NCBI GenBank assembly: GCA_030704615.1
Contig: CM060734.1
Location: forward strand, 18,848,001 to 18,912,000
DNA: 64,000 nucleotides
Direction of reading: 5' to 3'
Source of the DNA: Takakia lepidozioides
Lineage: Eukaryota; Plantae; Bryophyta
Shown: positions 33,670 to 46,084 of the stretch, piece after piece
How the letters are laid out: every line of letters begins with the position of its first letter
Position numbering within the stretch: position 1 is the first letter of the stretch
The notes under the pieces: model-generated
Seen by the model: only the letters and a program-made list of their open reading frames with translations
Told to the model about the DNA's origin: nothing
Database searches by the model: none
Program-made: the position numbers and the translations under genes

Positions 33670-36300
33670 CCTTTGGCAGCATCGTAGCCAATGTCAAGGT
33701 TAGATTGCTCTAAAAGCTTGCCCACCACCAATGCTCCTTCCACACCAGCATTTTGCGCTATTGTGTATGCTGGCATCTGCACCCCCACTGCATTATTGTG
33801 AGCCAACACAAACAAGTAGGTGTATTCACTATTCACAGCGCCGGTCAGTAAATAGTTCTTCAGAAATCTAATTAGAGTCTGACAAGCATCTTGGAGCCTT
33901 CAGATATGTAATATCAATGCTCAGCTTCAGCAGCTCTGCATAGTGGTCTACTGCAAGTACAGAGCTATTTCACTCTACAGACAACATAAAGCTTTGCCAA
34001 CAGTGCTTGGAACCACCAAAAGATCCTGATGATAGAATTGTGTCTGCCAATTGCACCTTGAGCACATTCTGGATAATTTGAACTCCAACTTTCTGATCAA
34101 AATTTGCAGTTTGGATCTTGTCAAGCTCTCGTGAAGCATACAAGAGAGCCACACCCCCACCTGTCATGCCGTATAGGACAAAATTTGTGAGCTCTTGGCT
34201 GAGCTTAATGCACAACTCCCTATTGTCTAGCGACATGAGAAGATTCCTGACAGCCTCTAGGGGAAGTGAAAGCACTATCAGATAGTCCAAATCTGTGTAA
34301 ACCATGCCATGCACACTCTTGCCAGAGAGACCTTGCATGAGGGCTAACGGGTACCCCTGCTGCACCTGTGGCTACTGCCCCACAAAGTTCATAACCATGA
34401 ATTTCTGATGCTTTTAACGGCTGCCTTGGTGGCATTTAAAGCATCTGTCACCACAATCTTTCTTCTCATTGACGTCCACTTCACTGGCACCTCCAATCTG
34501 CCAAGATAAACAACACCCCATTTTCTCTGCTGTCAAAGGGGACATTAAATCAGAATTTCTGAATATCTGGGTTTGCAACAGCTATGAGGCTTCTCAGGCA
34601 CTTGCTGGGAAGGATCATATCAATTAGGCAGTATTTTCTCCCATGCATGAGGAAAATGAACTTCATTAGCCATTCTAAGAAGGAAACATGATACTAGCAG
34701 CAAGAGGAAGAATGATTTACCTTGAGCACAGCTACAGCTCCTGAAAGCTTGCCAGACAATCCCTGTCGTAATCTGATGTGGCTGCATTGAGGGCTTCATG
34801 TATCTGCACACGATGGCACCATGTGCGTTACCATACCACTAACTTTGAAGCTCAAATATCCCTGAATCAATCCATCCTCATTAATCCCAAGCTGGTCAGA
34901 TACAGGAACACAGACCAGGCTGACAACCACATGAATTGCAACCAAAATTGTGGTTGTAGGTCATGCACACCTTAATTTTACCATTTCAATTGGGGTAGAT
35001 GATTTTATTTCTTTAATTTTTAATGCTCTGCAGCTTTTACAAAACTTTCCAACAAATAAATGTATGAGCACAATCCTGCCTTGAGGCTAGAGCAGGTACT
35101 CTATTGTACAGTCTCTGTATGATGGGTCATGAGTTCAATCGAGAAATTCTAGAAATTGGGTAGATTTGGAATCAGCTTGTCAACAGACTGTCACTGACAG
35201 GGGGGACCTCGGTTATGGACAACATTACAAATGTGTACCCGTGCCTGCTAACAAACAAACATCTAATGTGTGTCCAAGTGCAGATAGCATGGACTACATG
35301 AAGTGAGTGATTGCACAACGATAAAGAAGCAGTTTGCTGTACTCCAATGGCCAGAAATCCACAAGGAACTTTCACTGGTCATGAGTCTCCAACCAACATG
35401 AGTCTTGTATCCCCTATAGACCTTAAAAATATATGGGCATGCATTTGCAGCACTTGCCCTAATGGAAAGAGTGTACGTGCATACCTGCTCAGTGCGCTCC
35501 TCTATAAACTTCCTGTCACCCGCACCGTCCAAAACTAAGGTATCGTCTTTTAATACTGTCACATACACACTAACATGGATGACCGATTAAAAGTTAAGTC
35601 TAGTCTGCTAGCAAGGCATAAAAGATGAAAATGGTCCCATGGAGAATGCCACCACTTCCATGCAGCCGAACTCCTTTTTTAATATTTTTGGCATTATCTT
35701 TGGAAGGCACAACAAAATGAATGTTCCATGAAAGCCAAATCAAGTCATCAATATAAAATGACAGACAGCCACCAGAACAAGCAGGAATCGAATGCAAATG
35801 CTTGAACAGGTGCTCCAAGCAACCAACATTTCCACGAAAGTATGTGTTTCACCAATCAGAGAGACAAAGCCAGCCACGGACACTCCATATACCCTACAAA
35901 GGTCAGTGCACTGATAACTCGTGCAATCAAAGCCTTCACATATGAAGGCAGAAAGAAATTGCTGCAAGCCTGCATGAATATCAGAAGAATCAGATAGTGA
36001 CTCATGAAGGACGGTCACGGCAGACCCAAAAAGTGGGAGAGACCAACTGCACCTTCTCAAGCTTGAGGCCCAGGTCCTCCGTAATAAGCTGCGCCCAGAT
36101 TGGCAATAACACCTGATTACCGTCCAATGGAAGACCCTCGAAGCATGCTGACTGTGTGACTCACACATAAATAACCAACTACAACTACATGAACCTTAAC
36201 GTGATTAGCAGCATACCTCACCACCAGTCAAAACTGCAAGGTCCTGCACATTTCCTTTTCTGCTCTCGGCAAACCCAGGTGCCTTGATAGCACACAGCTG
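33670..36300 (-). pseudogene. HSP60: Mitochondrial chaperonin 60 (HSP60/CPN60) partial gene with introns, disrupted
   Basis: Exons read LCAIKAPGFAESRKGNVQDLAVLTGGE, LITEDLGLKLEKVQL, VTVLKDDTLVLDGAGDRKFIEERTEQ, IHEALNAATSDYDRD (deletion/frameshift) AVAVLK, IGGASEVDVNEKK...DALNATKAAV, GGGVALLYASRELDK, and MPAYTIAQNAGVEGALVVGKLLEQ...GYDAAK. N- and C-terminal exons not seen. Confidence 0.85.
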
Positions 36301-37229
36301 GACCATATCAACACACATATGAACTCCCATTGGTTGGTGAAAGCTCTTGATAAAACTATCGAAATAACATTGGAGCGCAACCACACTACATTCATATCCA
36401 GTTGCTTTCCTTTCCTTTCCTTCCTTTCTTCGTTGGCGTGCTAGCGCCGCATCGCCTCCACTCCACCATGGCCAAGTCCAAACGTCAACGGACGAATGGG
36501 GGAAGACTCGCCTACAACCTCGCCCCAAACCTTGCACCATCTTATCACAATCCTCTTCTCGGCTTCTCATTCCTGCCCCAACCTCTCAACATACTTCACC
36601 CTTGCGCCAGTATACCACGAGGAGTGCTAAATCCTACACAGTCGTGCTTCGGAGACACCCTTTTCTACGAATATCCATCAACAAGTGCTCACCCTCACCA
36701 AAGAATTGGAGTCCCACAAAGTAACGACATGTACGATGGCTTAGGAGCTCAAGGACTATAAGGCAAAGGCTTTCTCTTGGGCTAACATCGTCAAAGGCAA
36801 ATTAGGAGGAGCCAACAAGAGTCCCCATACTTTGGAAGAAACAGTTTGCTTGAGGAGCAGCAAGGGGCTTTCAAAGCTTTGAACATCCGAGCACTTAGAG
36901 CCACTTGATCTATTTAAACTTGGAAGCTTGAGCTTTCGGGATGCGTTGTTTTGTGTGTTCAAACTGAGGTGAGGTATGTCATCGGTGGTTCAAAGAGTGC
37001 ATGAGTGGAGTGATGAAGGTGTTCACAGAGAAGTCAGCGAGATTCCACACGTTAAGAGCACCTCTGTCTGATTTACTATGCCGTTTTGGAGGCTCATTGT
37101 GGAGCTGAAATAGGTGGGCCAGGTAGCCTGTGCATGCATGGCCGATTATGCATGCTTAAAGCACTGAAAAAAAAAATTGTTTGTATTTATCGTGCTTCAT
37201 CGGGGTGGAATGCACCTTGTTGGGCGGTT

Positions 37230-37570
37230 ACCCCCCGGGACCCTGGGCCCATTCCTGCAGAACCTGACCTGGAACCCGAACCTGCCAATGGGGATCGGCA
37301 CAGAACCGAAGCGGCGGTCCCCCGGACCCGGGGCCCATACCTACAAAACCTGACCTGGAACCCGAACCTGCCAATGGGGATCGGCACAGAACCGAACCGG
37401 CGGTTCCTGCTGGGTGTGAGAACTAGAGAACCCCGCATGGGGATAAAAACAGGTTCAGGTTCTTGAACCCTTGGTGGGCCCTTGCCATAACATGGCATAA
37501 CCTGGAGAGGTGGTTCTAGAACCCTTGGTGGGCCCTTGGCATAACATGGTAACCCTTGGGAGTGGCCCAT
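37230..37570. repeat. Short tandem duplications with GAACC-rich motifs (probable non-autonomous DNA transposon interior)
   Basis: ~85-bp unit CCCCCGGGACCC...GGGGATCGGCACAGAACCGAA twice; AACCCTTGGTGGGCCCTTG 2-3 times; AACCGGAACCG motifs again at 37965-38055. Confidence 0.5.
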
Positions 37571-39054
37571 GGCAAAACTTCTTTAATGCTCTCAAGCTCC
37601 ATGAGATCCTGGGTTCAATGCTTGAAGGCCATGGCATTCTATGTTCAATGCTTCAACGCCATGAGATCTTGGGTTCAATCTCCAGCTCCATGATATCCTG
37701 GCTAAGTTCATTAATGAAAATATTAGAAGATGCCAATACTTGCCAGATAGCTGAATAGTAATTTCAACCCATAAAATGTTACCCATTTTCTTCTCCCAGT
37801 TTATTTAGAGTATTTTTTTTTTTTCGTGTTAGTGAAAATTAATAAAATCGTTGGATTTTAGTTCAAATATGTGAATACATTGCTATTTAATCTCCCGGAC
37901 TGATAAAATATTTTAAATCTAATTAAATTAATATATATATATATATAATTTAATTTAAAAAAAAAACCGGAACCGTGGTTTTTATCAGCAACTAACCGGT
38001 AACCAGAACCGCCCCCATGTTTAAAAGTTGGATCCGGAACCGGACCGGAACCGGCTCAATAAAAAAAAGCCGGGTAAAAGCAACCCAGGCGGCCTCGTGG
38101 CAAGGGGCTCACACCTGTGAAGCACCAAAAGGTGCCTTGCCAGGCTGGTGAGTAGCATTACGGAGTGTAAGCCACTCGTGCAAATACAAAGGATTTTTTT
38201 TGGAAATTCTTTACGAAATGCAGAATGCACCGGCCATTAGATTTTTTTTAATTTTTTGGCATTTCTTTACTCAAAGTAATGCGGGCATTCCAAGATGTTC
38301 GGGCCTTCCCCTCGGGCTACCGCCCTCAGCGTCAGGCCCTTAAATCAAGGAATGCCCTCCACTCAGGACATTACCTATACATAATCCGCACCATATATAT
38401 ACTATATAATAATAATAATATACATACTATATAGTTTGATCATCAACATGAAGCGAGACGTTTGTTGGCCCTGCCTTCTCAAGGCAGGACTACGCAAAGG
38501 GTTTCAGCGTTTCAGCTTGTTTGACACCGATACTTTCGATTACGCTTCCAATTCAATCGAGACAGTTGCCACCAGAATATTCTGTCCATATTTCTAATGA
38601 ATGACATTCGTTGGTCAAGAAGAAGATGGTTGATTGGTTGATTCACAAAATTTGCGCAGTCAGCATGCAAAGTGGAAGAGGAGTCAGCACAAATCTGATG
38701 CATGTGCCAACAAGTGGCATCGAGTCCTTGTCAAGTTATTTTACCACTAGTGTGAAACTAGCTAGGAAATAGCTAGCTTTTACATATTGACATTTGGGAT
38801 TGGCCCAAGTGTCAATCCAGGGGTCAAGGCAGATTTAGGCCCTGGAGTGGTTATCTTCACGGCAAGCGCGGGAGGCTCATCTTTCTCGAGTTGAGCCTCA
38901 CCGCGCCTAGCTATGGCGCCGTAGTGTGGATTCCCCATGGCGTGGGGTGCACTTGGCTTGACTTGTATTTGAGTGATGAGGTTATATATGCATGAGTTTA
39001 TGCTTCAGCTTTGTGAGCTCGCATGAGCTTGTGCTTGTATCTTCTTCTTTATCA

Positions 39055-39070
39055 CTCGAGAAAGATGAGC
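39055..39070 (+). promoter_or_regulatory. Self-complementary primer-binding site of copy 2
   Basis: (A)CTCGAGAAAGATGAGC at 39054-39070 is the exact reverse complement of GCTCATCTTTCTCGAGT at 38875-38891. Confidence 0.8.
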
Positions 39071-39679
39071 TCGTATCTATGAGTGCTAGATACGAGTTAG
39101 TTGTAGCACTTGTGGTTTTTGCTTGAGAATGAGAGAAACCAAGTTGTTATGCAAGGAGCACCGTGGAGCTCTTGGTTGTTAGAAGCGGAGGCGATGTGGG
39201 TTACGAGGTGGTAAACCTTGGCATTCGATCTTCAGCTTCAGAGATGAAAGCACCATACTGTAGGTAATTCCAGAGCACCTTGATGGTTTCAGATTGTGTA
39301 CATGCATGAGCAAGCACGATTGGGAAGAGGACCAGTCAAGAGCAGGTTATAGTGGCTTTGGTGGCAAAGCTGAGAACTGGACTTGGGAATGCGAGCTTCA
39401 TTGTGTGAAGGATTGCAAGACCAAGCGAAAGGGCTGATTTGGCTTGGGGCAAATCAGTGCACTTTGTGGAGTATGGTGAGATTGGGTTTCAATCTCGAGC
39501 TTCAGCATTGAGAGGGGCTCTTGTCATGGCGAGAGCAGGGCTGGAACAGGAGCTAAGAGGTGCGGCAAGGCCATGGAATGTGCACCTAGGGTTTCAGAGC
39601 TTGGAAGAAGAGCTCTTGCACCACAAGAGAAGTGTCTTGTGGCTGGAAATGTAAGCCTTAGGGTTTCAGGAGCTTGGCA

Positions 39680-40145
39680 AAGGCTATGGAGTGCTTAGTC
39701 TTGTCTTAGAGAGCATCAAGGAGCCAAGGAGCCAAGATAGGGGCTGATATCTCTTGTGTGAAGAGGTTGCATGTGTGGAGCATGTATTCAGCTCATTGAA
39801 GCTTCCATCTTCAAGCTTGGAGGCAAGCAAGGAAGAGGGAAGGGCTGACTTCCCTTATGTGAGGGCAATGCATGTGTGGAGCATGCTATCAGCCTGGTGA
39901 AGGCTTGCACTTTCAGGTGTGGGAGTGCAAGAAAGGAAGGAAGGGGCTGGTTTCCCTGTAGGGCATGTGGAGCATGCTTTCAGCTGCTGAAGCTTGTATT
40001 TTCAGTTTGTGGGTGCAAGAAATGAAGCAAAGGAGCTGATTCTTTTATGGTGAGAGTGGGGCATTGTGGAGCATGCCTTCAGCCCATTGAGGCTCTTGTT
40101 TTCAAGCTTTAGAGAGCTAGAACGGAAGGTCTAGGGCTGGTTTCC
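39680..40145 (+). repeat. ~120-bp degenerate tandem repeat in the copy 2 leader
   Basis: About four units of GGGCTG...TGTGGAGCATG..TCAGC...GAAG/GGCTT...TTCA. Confidence 0.65.
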
Positions 40146-40579
40146 ACTTGGAGTGAAAGAAAAGCACTTGTAGGGCCTATGTGAGTTGGGGTTTCAACTT
40201 CAAGCTTGAAGGAGCGCAACTCTTGAAGCAGCAGGTGTAGGGGCTGGAAGAGGCTCTAAGACAGATGCTATGGCCAAGGAGAGTGCTTGAATGAGTGCTC
40301 ACAAGGGCTGGGAACCAGCAGGGCTTGGTTGTTTGCCATTGAGTTTAGTGGCGTGTTTGGGGAGGCTAAGTGAGAAAGAAGGCTTGGTTTTGTGGCAACC
40401 ACCTCATGGCTTAGGGGCTACTATGGTGGTGTGTGGGAGCCGAAAGAGCAAGGATACCTTGCTGATTTCCTCACAGCCACCATAGCTCGGTGGAAAGAAG
40501 CCTAGAGTCCAAGAGACACAAACCCTAGCTTGGCGTGGCTAAACCCTTGGAGAAATGGCTAAACTGCCAGAGCGGCCAT

Positions 40580-41560
40580 GTGTGGGGCTGTGGCTGTGGC
40601 AAGCTGTGACGGGCTGTGACGGGCAACGGGCTGTGACGGCTGTGGCAAGCTGTTTGTGATGGGCTGTGACAGGCTGTGCCCTGTGCCCTGTGGGGCTGTG
40701 ACGGGCTGTGTCAGGCTGTGACAGGCTGTGCCCAGTGGCCTTTTGGGCTGTGACGGCTGTGCGGGGCTGTGACAGGCTGTGCCCTGAGGCCTGTGGGGCT
40801 GTGACGGGCTGTGACAGGCTGTGTGGCCTTTGGGGCTGTGATGGGCTGTGAGGGGGCTGTGACAGGCCGTGCCTGAGGCTGTGAGGGCTGTGATGGGCTG
40901 TGACAGGCTGTGCGCCCTGTGGGCTGTGACGGAGGCTGTGTGCCTGAGGGGGGCTGTGACGGGCTGTGAGGGGCTGTGCTGTGGCCTGTGACCTGTGAGG
41001 GGCTGTGGAGGAGGCTGTGACCTGTGCTGTGACAGGCCGTGCCCATGGCCTTTGGGGCTGTTGTGAGGGGCTGTGAACTGCCTGTTTGGGGCTGTGACCT
41101 GAGGCCTTTGAGGCCTGTGAAGGTGGGGGCTGTGACGGGCTGTGAGGGCTGTTGTTTGGGGCTGTGACGGGCTGTGAGGGCTGTGACAGGTGGCCTCTGT
41201 GACGGCTGTGACAGGCAGAAATGCCCATGGCCTTTGGGGCTGTGAGGGCTGTGAGGGGCTGTGAGTGAGGCCCTGTGACGGGCCTGTGTGGGGTGTGTGA
41301 GGGCTGTGACTGAGGCCTTTGGGGCTGTGACGGGCTGTGACTGTGACAGGCCGTGCCTGAAAAGGCTGTGACGGGCTGTGAGGGCTGTGACTGTGGCCTT
41401 TGGGGCTGTGACGGGCTGTGGTGTGTGAGGCCTTTGTGAGGGGCTGTGAGGGCTGTGACAAGGCCTTTGAGGCTGTGACGGCTGTGAGGGGCTGTGACAG
41501 GCTGTGCCCAGTGGCCTGTGGTGTGACGGCTGTGACCAGTGAGCTGTGTGGGCCTGTGCT
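40580..41560 (+). repeat. GGCTGTGA-based ~1 kb low-complexity tandem array in the copy 2 leader
   Basis: Dozens of (G)GGCTGTGA(C/G) units with strong G/T strand bias. Confidence 0.9.
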
Positions 41561-41912
41561 GGTCTGTGGTGGCCCGTGTTGACCTGTGGATGGCCTGTGC
41601 TGACTCGTGGAGGCACTGGTGGACTAAGGACTGGCATGTGGTCTGGAAGGCCGAATTTTGAAGCTCGTGGAGGGCGGTTTGAGGAGTATCTTCATGATAT
41701 TCCCATGGTCACGGCGGTTTGAGGAGTATCTTCATGATATTCCCATGGTCATGCAAGTTCAGGTGTAGGCTATGTTAGGAACTTAGTAATATTCCCCATG
41801 CAAGTTCAGGTGTAGGCTATGTTAGGAACTTAGTATTCCAAACCATAAGCCGCAACAGGTTCTCTACCCGGTTACCTTGTGGAGAGGGGGTTAGGGACAT
41901 GTTCATGACCGG

Positions 41913-44900
41913 TTGAGTGTCAACACGGAGGTGCCACTAGTTGCTGGGGACAGTGCCGGTTCGAGCACTAGCGATACTAGTGGGTACACGAGACGAGGTG
42001 TGCGGTTTAGGCCACCTTCACCTCCTGTGTCTTCCACGGAAGGTTCTGATTCGGATTGTGAATCAGGAGGGCTCATACAGGCGGTGCAAGTTGTTTCTTT
42101 GCCATTATTGTGGGACACAATGGAGGAGATGTATGGAACTACCAAGGGGCCACGAAGGTACTCTGGGGCGGTGGGCACCATTGAGTTGGATGATTTTATC
42201 CAAGAGTTTGATAGTTGGTGTGATTTGCAGCAAATGCGCAATCCACAACTATTTACGCCGTTCATGGCATGGAAAGGGCTGTTTCAGCACCTTGAGGGGC
42301 CGCCTATGGATGATTACCATGAGTTCAGGCGGGGGCATGAGGTTGAGATCGAGGAGTGGAGGATGTACTGGTCACCCGACTATGTCTCCATCACTAGGGG
42401 CACTAGAGCCACGAGGGCAGTGGCTACACCTGCCGCTGCACCGGCAGCTTCAGCAAGCAGCAGTGGGACTGGTGGTACAGTAGCTACGACGTCCACCCAA
42501 GCCACTACCGCACCAGCACTAGCACCCGTGCCTGCCTTCAACCCTGTTGTGGAGTTCTTCGAAGAGTTGAGAGGGAACTACCAAGGGGTGAGGACAGAGA
42601 AGTTGCGGAGCTTGCAAGAGTTCCAACGGAAGCCGACCGAGAGCTTGAGGGAGGCTTTCACTCGCATGAGGCGCTTGATAAATGTAACCCAAGGGGTTAC
42701 GGAAGCTCAGGCAGTCCAATTCTGGTATGGGATATTGGACAAGGAGCTGAGGAGAAGGGTGCGGGATGCAACTCTCCTACAAGCGGCCCAACCCACCTTA
42801 GCAAATGTGTTTTTGCTGGCAGAGCGGATAGAGCTCAACATGGTGGAGGAACGAGTGGTCATGGTGGGATTTGCTAAGGAGACACCACGGGGTAGTGGTG
42901 CTCCTAGCCAACCACTACCTCAACGTGCTCAAGGCAACAAGGGGGCTCAGGTGAAGCTCAGGGAAGGGCAGAGAGGACCTCAAATGCAGGGGTCTCTCCC
43001 TTCATTTGCTGGCCAACAACGGGCGGATGTGGTGTGCTGGACATGTGGAGGACCCCATGTCAAGAAGGATTGCCCAGAGGGAGGCAAAGGGTCGGCACAT
43101 GCACAGCCTGCACAGTTGCAGTGTGGGCATTGTGGCAAGCACGGGCATGGAGAGGCCCAGTGTTATAGTTTGCATCCTGAGTTGCGCCCAGGCCAGTTCC
43201 AAGGGAACAATGGTGGCCGGGGGCGAGGTGGAGCAGCCCAGAGAGGACGAGGTGGCCAGCCACGAGGTGCAGGCCAAGGGCAAGCTCAACGTGGCCAAGG
43301 ACGCGGAGGTCAGGGTGTTGACCAAGGCATGGCCAACCGGCTTCAGCAGCTAGAGCAGAGGCTCGCTGCCATGGCTACAGCTCAGGTGGTACCGGCTCTA
43401 AGGCCGGATGGTCCACCTCCTGCTCCTGAGGGAGGAGATATGGGAGGCATGGGATTCATGTGTGGAGCAGCACTACCACTAGTGCAGGTGGAGTCTGCTG
43501 CAGCCGTGACTCGAGGAGCAGCACGAGTTCCTGAGCCACGAGGTGCAGAGGTGGAGTTGGATCCACAGCGTGGGGAGGCAAGCCGTCAGGCTAGGCTTCC
43601 TCAGTCATTCACATTGGCGGAGACAGTGTCGACGCCATCCATGGCACCTAGTTCTCGCCCGACTATTACCGAGGCGGAGGTTACTATGCCATTGGGGAGA
43701 GCTACACGGGCAGCACCACTACCTAGTGTTGCCAAGGCTACGGCAGCTAGTGTGCTGTTAGGAGCGGCCACATCTGTGTGCCAGGCTCCATTGTTCTCGG
43801 CTACCATGATTGCGACGCCGGGATAAGACCAGCTGAGGTGTTCAGGCTGGCAGCTACACTCTGTGAGAGTGGGGAGGTTACTTCATCTTCTGCGGAGATA
43901 GTGGGAGGTGTAGTGCCGGAGGGATCCTCGGATTTGAGGGTCAAGACTGCCACGGCGGCGCCATGGCAAGCTGCAGCTGCCAGGTTGATGGAGCTGCCAG
44001 CTAGGCCAGCCATTGAGCGCGCCATGGTGACACCTGGAGTTGTCATGTTAGACAACCAGGATGGCATTTTCTGTTTGAGTGGACCGGCAGGCAAGAGGTA
44101 CCGGCCACTGCGAGTCTTGTTGGACTCGGGAGCTCAGCCACTGATGCTGGGCAGAGCTGCTATTGCAGGCTTGGGCCTCACGGAGGCGGATATGGAGCCT
44201 TGTCCTTTCCAGATACAGACGTCTCTGGGAGGATCGGAGCAGGCTCGGGGCATGACACGGCATGAGTTGGCTATCAGACTACGGCTGGATCATCCTACAG
44301 ATGGCTCAGTGATGCGAGCCAAGGCCATTGTGACAGACGCAGTCTCATACGATGTCCTGGTTGGTGGGGCAGTGTTGTACCCCATGGGCTTCACCCTGGA
44401 TTTTTGGGAGGAGTCAGCTTCCTATAGGCCTGCATGGCAGTCAGGGGAGGGCCGGCGTGTGCAGCTCCCTGTGACGTTCATAGGAGGAGTTGCGGTTGCC
44501 CAGCGAGGCAAGATGCCGACACTAGCAGCATTCACAGCGGCAGTGAGTTGGCCTAGAGAGTTGCTTGAGGGCAATGCTCATTCAGAGGATGTACCACCTC
44601 CGGGAGAGCAGGATGACATGTATGGTATGGCGGAGTTGCCTACCATGGTTGCTCATACTCCATTGTGGGGCACGAGCAAGGATTTGCAGCGGGATGCTGA
44701 TCGACGGGTGCAACAAGCCTGGGTGGAGGCTTTTGTACCGTCAAGAGAGGAGGAGAGTGTGGGGATTGCACCAGGACCACCTCAATTGTCTCCATTGGAC
44801 ACCACACCTATTGTGTGGCAGTCTCCGGATGAAGGCATTTGTCTTCTGGACTTGTTTGGCGGGATCAGCACCGGATTGGCTGCTTTGTTACAGGCAGGTG

Positions 44901-46084
44901 TACGAGTTCGGCGTTACCTGTATGTGGAGAGGGATGAGACTGCACGACGCGTTTCACTTCGCCATGTTGCTCAGTTGGTGCAGCGGTACCCTGAGTTGTT
45001 GTCGGTGTCTGCAATTCGTGGATATCAGCAGGCCTTGCCAGCAGACATTTCGTTGCTGGGGGCGCAGGATTTGGAGCGGGTTGGCTCCATTGATCTGGTA
45101 GTGGCAGGTTGGCCCTGCCAAGGGCATTCATCAGCCGGGCATGGCAATGGATTGCGAGACTCGAGGTCGGGTCTGTTTTGGGAGATGGTGCGGGTTTTGC
45201 GCCACTTGCAGCTTCATCAAGCTGTATCTCCAGCATACATCTTGGAGAATGTGCCACTGATGGGCGATTCTCGGGCCAGGGTGATGGCCAGTGTGCATCA
45301 AGTCCGGTCGTGGCTTGGGTCAGCAGTGTTGCTAGATGCAGCTACAGTGGGGTCACGGGCTCATCGTCCACGGCTATGGTGGACTAACATGATGCCACCC
45401 GCACTGCTCAAGCGTGCATTTGATGGGGTGCAGCGGCCAGCACATCTCACAGTGGATAACATTCTGGACACAGGGAGGCAGTCTCAACGTGTGAGACACG
45501 ATGACCGTTCGCCTTTGGCAGTGGTCAACAAGGTGGGTCAACCACGAGCAGCATTACCTACACTGCTCAGCTTCCCAGGATCGCATGCTTTCCGGGATAG
45601 TGGACCTGGCCTCCTGTGGGATGCTCAGTTGCAGCAGTTAGTGGAGCCTAATGCTGACGAGCGTGAGCGGGCAATGGGTTTTACCACTGGTACCACGGCG
45701 GTGTCGTCTCTTTCTGAGGCATCACGTCGTCAAGTGTTGGGGCAAGCAATGGATCTCAATTGCTTGACCTGGATTATCAGCTTGGCTCTAGCTGAGCAAC
45801 GCAGAGTGCGGAATACACTTCCCTCAATGGTCTCTCTGCCTACCGAGACGGTACAGGCAGTGAGTGGGGGCGAGCATATGAGGACCACGGGGTGCATGCA
45901 TCCATGGCACACGTGGGAGGTGCTCGAGGTTCAGAGGGAGTTGGCAGCCAAGGCGGCTGTGATGGATGAGGTTGGGGATTCTTCTCGAGTTGAGGAGGTC
46001 CTCAAGGATGAGATGATGGGGCAGGATGATGCCTTGTCATTGACTGAGCAGGTAGGGAGTACTGCTCAAGAGGTTGCAGCATAG
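41913..46084 (+). CDS. Copy 2 Gag-protease-Dnmt3-like C5 DNA methyltransferase polyprotein (single 1-nt lesion at ~43822)
   Basis: ORFs 41913-43826 and 43778-46084. Copy 1 reads straight through the break (TPG-VRP), so this was one ancestral ORF. Knuckles CWTCGGPHVKKDC and CGHCGKHGHGEAQC, RGG-rich tract, LLDSGAQP. DNMT motifs I, IV (PC), VI (ENV), VIII, IX and X intact at ~44837-45790. Confidence 0.88.

Noticed and set aside
40539-41637. Three long overlapping minus-strand ORFs (229-308 aa, rich in S/Q/P/H/T/A)
   Set aside because: Artefact of the TCACAGCC repeat, which lacks stops in all frames.
43778-43826. Apparent programmed gag/pol frameshift in copy 2
   Set aside because: Copy 1 reads through this point in one frame (CCG GGG GTA AGA vs CCG GGA TAA GA). 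It is a 1-nt loss in a G run (mutation or sequencing error), with no slippery heptamer.
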